Source of the DNA: Armatimonadota bacterium
GTDB lineage: Bacteria > Armatimonadota > SYMT01
Assembly (NCBI GenBank): GCA_041690135.1
Contig: JAWLHY010000011.1
Location: 256,668 to 320,667 of the forward strand
Length of the DNA stretch: 64,000 nt
Direction: 5' to 3'
Below the pieces are notes generated by a model. The model was not told the DNA's origin. It worked only from the letters and a program-made list of their open reading frames with translations, and did no database searches. This document shows, in pieces, positions 59,261 through 64,000 of this stretch. Positions within the stretch are counted from its first letter, which is position 1. Every line of letters begins with the position of its first letter. Both the position numbers and the translations under genes were made by a program.

Positions 59261-59728
59261 GGCATCCCCTCTTTGGGTGTCCGTTTGGGTGACGCCATGA
59301 CGGCGCGCGCCCACCTATAACCTTCTCTCAGCGACGGGCACGGATCGTCAGAACTTACGGCTGCATCCGCGAAGTACCATAGCCATGGAAGTTGATCCCA
59401 TTGCGCCAAACGGAATAGACCGATGCCCGTGCTGTCACGATTTGGCAGAGCGGGATCACCTCCAGTACGGCGGAACGCTACGGCGAGACGTTCCCTACAG
59501 GTACGCTGTCCCAACGCGACCGGCCACCTCCGTGCGAAACCGTGCACCCTCTGTCCTCGTACTGTAGGGAATGAGAAGCCGCTCCATTCCGCGGTCATAG
59601 AAGCTGATCCCGTTGCGCCAAACCGTGAGGACTCCCTGACAACAACCGGACCGTCTTGTGCAAACGGCAGGCAGCCGATCATCGCGCTCCGCTGCGCGGC
59701 AGCTCACCCACTGAACGGCGATTAAGGG

Positions 59729-60256
59729 ATGATCCACATGCCTTCACCCCCGGACTCCCTTCTGGAACTCTACCGGGCCATCACGGAGAATGAGCTACAC
59801 ACGGTGGAGAACCTGCTCCATAACGGCGTGGACCCCCGGCTCCCTATCCACCGACAGGGCAGCGAGAGCCGACCGACGTCCGCGCTCGAGACCGCTATCT
59901 ACAACAACCGGCCGGAAATCGTTATTTTGCTGCTTCAGCACAGGGTTAGTCCGAACGCGAGCGGTCCTAACCTGGCCCCACTCACGATTGCATCGATGCT
60001 GGGCCATGCCGCAATCGTTCGCACCCTTCTGGAAGCAGGTGCTGATCCCAATGGGATCGATCCGGATGGAGCCGGCACGGCCCTGATGGCTGCGGTGGAG
60101 GACGGATATCTGGAAGTGGTCGACCTGCTTCTTAAGGCAGGGGCCGATCCGAACCTCCGCGACGAAGGCGAGACAGCCCTGACGATCGCTCTCGCGAAGG
60201 CCGGTCGCCGGAAGCGGATCATCCGGCGACTGCTGGAGGCGGGAGCCGTCGAGTGA
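59729..60256 (+). CDS. Ankyrin repeat protein
   Basis: TALMAA...LLKAGADPN repeats. Confidence 0.9.
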   Translation: MIHMPSPPDSLLELYRAITENELHTVENLLHNGVDPRLPIHRQGSESRPTSALETAIYNNRPEIVILLLQHRVSPNASGPNLAPLTIASMLGHAAIVRTLLEAGADPNGIDPDGAGTALMAAVEDGYLEVVDLLLKAGADPNLRDEGETALTIALAKAGRRKRIIRRLLEAGAVE

Positions 60257-60318
60257 TCCGGTCGGACGTGCTCGACAGGGCGTGATTTAGTCTGGGCTAA
60301 AAATTATTTCATGAGCGA

Positions 60319-60347
60319 TTGGATCCTTGGTTTTGGGGTGATAGAAT
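60319..60347 (+). promoter_or_regulatory. Sigma70-type promoter
   Basis: TTGGAT-N17-TAGAAT with TG extended -10. Confidence 0.5.
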
Positions 60348-60476
60348 AGGCGCAGAAACCCGACCGGGTGCCTGCCGGGACACCGGAACGGGAAGCCTTG
60401 CTACCGGTAGAGAGCGACCGCAAGTTGGTGCGGTGCACGCTCATACCGGCCCCTCGAACGTAAGGAGCCTGGAACC

Positions 60477-60815
60477 ATGGAATCGGAAACCCTGCTCGCC
60501 GGCGACGGCGTAATGCTTGCTTTCCTGCCGCAGAAGGGGATGGTGCGTACCTGCCGCCGCGGGTGTGTTCACCTGACTTACGGAGCGGTCACGCTGGATT
60601 TCCACCTGCCGGAGTTCTTCCAGGCCCTCGCGGAAGTGGTCGGTGAGAACGCCGAGGCGCCGACCGGGCGGATGCTGGTGCGGCATGGGCACGCGTTGCT
60701 CTCCTTCACGCCGGAGGAGTACACGGAGTTCGCGGGCCTGGTGCGCCGGGGCGCAGAGGAACTGCACCGGCTGAGCGTGGTCCAGCGGCTGCTGACCCAG
60801 GCCTGCCAGTCCTGA
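60477..60815 (+). CDS. Small hypothetical protein with a CxxGCxH motif
   Basis: AAGGAG RBS and strong codon bias. Followed by a hairpin at 60833-60860. Confidence 0.7.
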   Translation: MESETLLAGDGVMLAFLPQKGMVRTCRRGCVHLTYGAVTLDFHLPEFFQALAEVVGENAEAPTGRMLVRHGHALLSFTPEEYTEFAGLVRRGAEELHRLSVVQRLLTQACQS

Positions 60816-60968
60816 AGGCCCCTAAGGCAGAACGTTCCGGGCGACTGCCATCGCCCGGAACGCACAGCGGGAGGTGGTAGGACCACTCCCTGACCACTCC
60901 AATCGTAACACGATCTCGCTGCCCAAACAACCAGAGTCCGGTGGACCAACACGGGTCGTGCCCTGGTG

Positions 60969-62831
60969 TTAGAGGCGGCAGATCAGCAGCTCACGCTCGT
61001 AGACGGTTTCGGGAGGCAGGCGGCCGTGAAGCTCGATGAAGAGCTCCTCGTGCCCCAGCACCTCCGCCTTCCAGGCGTTCCGGTCTACTTCCTGGAGCTC
61101 CGCGAAGGTTTCCCGGGGGAAATCCAGACCGCGCCAGTCGATATCCTCGTACCGGGGTACCCAGCCGATAGGGGTCTCCCGGCCCTGGGCCCGTCCGCGG
61201 ACGCGGTCCACGATCCACTTCAGCACGCGCAGGTTCTCGCCGAAGCCGGGCCACAGGAACTCGCCCTTTTCGTTCTTGCGGAACCAGTTAACGTGGAAGA
61301 TGCGGGGAGTCTCCGCCAGGGTGCGCTGCATGCGGATCCAGTGGCGGAAGTAATCGCCCATGTGGTAGCCGCAGAACGGGAGCATCGCCATCGGGTCGCG
61401 CCGCACCTTGCCGAGGGTCCCCGCCGCGGCGGCCGTCATCTCCGAGCCCATGGTGGCGCCGGCGTACACGCCGGAGCTCCAGTTGAAGGCCTGGAACACC
61501 AGGGGCATCGTGCCGGCACGGCGCCCCCCAAAGACGATGGCGCTGATCGGCACGCCTTGCGGGTCCTCCCACGCCGGATCGATGGTCGGGCATTGGGAGG
61601 CGGGGGCGGTGAACCGGGAGTTCGGGTGCGCGGCCTTGGCCCCGGTCTTCGCAGCGATCTCCGGAGTCCAGAGGTTCCCCTGCCAGTCGATGCATTCCGC
61701 CGGCGGCGTGTCGGTCATGCCCTCCCACCACACGCCCCCCTCGGGAGTGAGGGCGACGTTCGTGAAAATCGTGTTCCGGGAGAGGGTGGCCATCGCGTTC
61801 GGGTTCGTTTTGGCCGAGGTGCCCGGCGCTACGCCGAAGAAGCCCGCTTCCGGGTTGATCGCGCGTAGCCGGCCGGTCTCATCGGGTTTGATCCAGGCGA
61901 TGTCGTCGCCGACGGTCCACACCTTCCAGCCCTCGAACGCGGGGGGCGGAATGAGCATCGCCAGGTTGGTCTTCCCGCAGGCGGAGGGGAAAGCGGCGGT
62001 GAGGTAGGTCTTTTCCCCCTGGGGGTCTTCCACGCCGAGGATGAGCATGTGCTCCGCCATCCAGCCTTCGTCCCGGGCGATGTTGGAGGCGATTCGCAGC
62101 GCGAAGCATTTCTTGCCTAGCAGCGCGTTGCCGCCGTAGCCGGAGCCGTAGGACCAGATCTCCCGGGTTTCCGGGAAGTGGACGATGTACTTCTCGGAGT
62201 TGCAGGGCCACGGCACGTCCTTCTGGCCCGGCGCCAGCGGCGCCCCCACGCTGTGCATGCACGGCACCACGCGCTTCTCGCCCTTGTCGATCTCGGCGAA
62301 GACCGGCAGGCCGATGCGGGTCATGATCCGCATGCTCACCACGACGTAGGGCGAGTCGGTGAGCTGCACCCCGATCTGCGACATGGGGGAGCCGACGGGC
62401 CCCATGCTGAACGGCAGCACGTACATGGTCCGGCCGCGCATGCAGCCCGCGAACAGCCCCTTCAGCTTCCGCCGCATGCTGTAGGGTTCTTCCCAGTTGT
62501 TGGTCGGCCCGGCGGCGTCTTTGGAGAGGGAGCAGATGAAGGTGCGGTCTTCCACCCGTGCCACGTCGTTCGGGTGCGAGCGCGCCAGGTAGCAGCCCGG
62601 CCACAGCTCCTCGTTGAGCTTGATAAAGGTGCCCGCCTCCACCATCTCCGCGCAGAGCCGGTCGTACTCTGCCTGGGAGCCATCGACCCAGTGGATCGCC
62701 GCGGGCTGGGTTAACCGGGCCATCTTCTCGACCCACCGGAGGAGGTGCGTGTTCTTGCTTAGCGGGGTTTCCGGGTTCCGGCCGTTCTTTCCCGTCACGG
62801 CTGCCACGCCGTCCTGGGTGTGGGTCGTCAT
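60969..62831 (-). CDS. pckG: Phosphoenolpyruvate carboxykinase (GTP)
   Basis: [39 protein letters not shown] and [10 protein letters not shown]. Start uncertain (62831-62873). Confidence 0.97.
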   Translation of the reverse strand: MTTHTQDGVAAVTGKNGRNPETPLSKNTHLLRWVEKMARLTQPAAIHWVDGSQAEYDRLCAEMVEAGTFIKLNEELWPGCYLARSHPNDVARVEDRTFICSLSKDAAGPTNNWEEPYSMRRKLKGLFAGCMRGRTMYVLPFSMGPVGSPMSQIGVQLTDSPYVVVSMRIMTRIGLPVFAEIDKGEKRVVPCMHSVGAPLAPGQKDVPWPCNSEKYIVHFPETREIWSYGSGYGGNALLGKKCFALRIASNIARDEGWMAEHMLILGVEDPQGEKTYLTAAFPSACGKTNLAMLIPPPAFEGWKVWTVGDDIAWIKPDETGRLRAINPEAGFFGVAPGTSAKTNPNAMATLSRNTIFTNVALTPEGGVWWEGMTDTPPAECIDWQGNLWTPEIAAKTGAKAAHPNSRFTAPASQCPTIDPAWEDPQGVPISAIVFGGRRAGTMPLVFQAFNWSSGVYAGATMGSEMTAAAAGTLGKVRRDPMAMLPFCGYHMGDYFRHWIRMQRTLAETPRIFHVNWFRKNEKGEFLWPGFGENLRVLKWIVDRVRGRAQGRETPIGWVPRYEDIDWRGLDFPRETFAELQEVDRNAWKAEVLGHEELFIELHGRLPPETVYERELLICRL

Positions 62832-62956
62832 ACTCGCTCTGATCCTTTCCATGGCCGCGTTTGGGGGCTGCATTTCCTCCGCTATCTTATTGCGGAGTTC
62901 GGGGCGTACCTATAAATTACCCAATCGCCGGGAGCGACAGCCGTCCGGTAGCACTC

Positions 62957-63880
62957 CTATTTGTTCAGGCAGCACTTCTTGTACTTGCGACCGCTGCCGC
63001 AGGGGCAGGGATCGTTGCGGCCGGGCTTGGGCCCCACGTGCGCCGGCAGCGGGTATCGCGGGAGCGAATAAGGCGCGGCCAGGGCGCCACGAGCGGTGGG
63101 GGCGATGCTCGAAGACCGGGTGACAGCCTTCCAGGAAGATGGATTCTGATAGCTGGCCCACCATTCTGTCTCGCGGATGGTGTCCTCGATCAGCCGCAGC
63201 CTGGAATTCGCGGCCAACTCGGCCAGCACAGCATCTTTCCCTTGAGCCAGCGTTCTTTCGACCTCCTCGAAGGAGATGAAAGACTCATCCACAAGACCGC
63301 GGTCGAAGACCTGCTGGATCTCCTCCACCAACCCTTCGGGATAGAGGGCCATCGCGTTCACAAGCAAGCCCGACCAGAAGAACGAATCCGGAGGGGCCTG
63401 CGCCGTGTGGAAGAGGTGCCGGAAGTACTCGAGGGTCTCCTCGCGCGAGCGTCTTCCGGTGGTTACAAGGATCACCAGGGCGCCGATGGCCGCGTCGCGC
63501 ACGTACTCGTCCGCATCCGGTCGCTCCGCAAGTTGCTCGATCAGAGAAAAGTCTTCCCCGCAGACGGAGGCAAGGATCCGCTCCAGGTCCTCGGTGATGA
63601 AGTCTCCATGGAGGTGCTCGAGGACGTCACTGGGGAGGTCCATCAGGTCGATGATGAGGGGGCACGCGCGGGTCTCGCGGAACTGCGCCAGCAGATACAT
63701 CGCCCAGGTGTGGAGCATGTAATCTTCCGGGAGGTTCGCGCCCTGTTCACGGGCGTAGCGAAGCGCCTCCAGCAGGTGTGGAGTGATCGCCTCCTTCTGC
63801 TCCATCGCCTGGCGTAAGGCCCGGCGAGGGTGCTTTTCATCGTGCCGCTCCAGTGCGTCCAGAATCTCCTGGATGTCCAT
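62957..63880 (-). CDS. DUF1186 domain protein with SEC-C motif
   Basis: AMYLLAQFRE, GDFITED and C-terminal GRNDPCPCGSGRKYKKCC. GGAGG RBS. Confidence 0.9.
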   Translation of the reverse strand: MDIQEILDALERHDEKHPRRALRQAMEQKEAITPHLLEALRYAREQGANLPEDYMLHTWAMYLLAQFRETRACPLIIDLMDLPSDVLEHLHGDFITEDLERILASVCGEDFSLIEQLAERPDADEYVRDAAIGALVILVTTGRRSREETLEYFRHLFHTAQAPPDSFFWSGLLVNAMALYPEGLVEEIQQVFDRGLVDESFISFEEVERTLAQGKDAVLAELAANSRLRLIEDTIRETEWWASYQNPSSWKAVTRSSSIAPTARGALAAPYSLPRYPLPAHVGPKPGRNDPCPCGSGRKYKKCCLNK

Positions 63881-64000
63881 GAGGTTGCCTCCTGATCTCG
63901 ACCTAGTGCAGACCCAGAGCACCCCTGTTGAACAATAGTTCGAAGTCGTTGTAGCATGTTTGCATGCCAACTCCGTTGTTTGTGAGAACGCTCGCGCCGG

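Noticed and set aside
60350-60476. Cobalamin or other riboswitch in the leader
   Set aside because: The B12-box and other conserved aptamer cores were not found.

Overview
GC-rich bacterial chromosomal window. An Armatimonadota-like origin is inferred from two '[25 protein letters not shown]' prepilin/H-X9-DG genes, PEP-CTERM proteins and an RRM protein. It carries housekeeping and metabolic genes (AddB/AddA-like recombination pair, GTP-dependent PEPCK, glycoside hydrolases, oxidoreductases) interspersed with accessory cassettes. The most striking cassette is a minus-strand run at about 17.6-26.0 kb: an ECF-like sigma factor with a large insertion, a membrane anti-sigma with two zinc fingers, an exported WD40-caspase with an intact His/Cys dyad, two PEP-CTERM proteins and an HExxH membrane peptidase. 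This is a candidate caspase-gated sigma-factor system. Other notable items are a c-di-AMP (ydaO) riboswitch with terminator ahead of a small unknown protein and a STAS protein, an NlaIII/IceA-like HNH restriction-modification pair, a MetOD1/PAS-kinase/HD-GYP module, an arsR-arsI pair, two paralogous small unknown proteins, and several dispersed repeat families, one copy of which is read in frame inside a DUF1501 gene. No rRNA, tRNA, CRISPR array, transposase or integrase was seen. All family calls come from motif recognition by eye, not from database searches.
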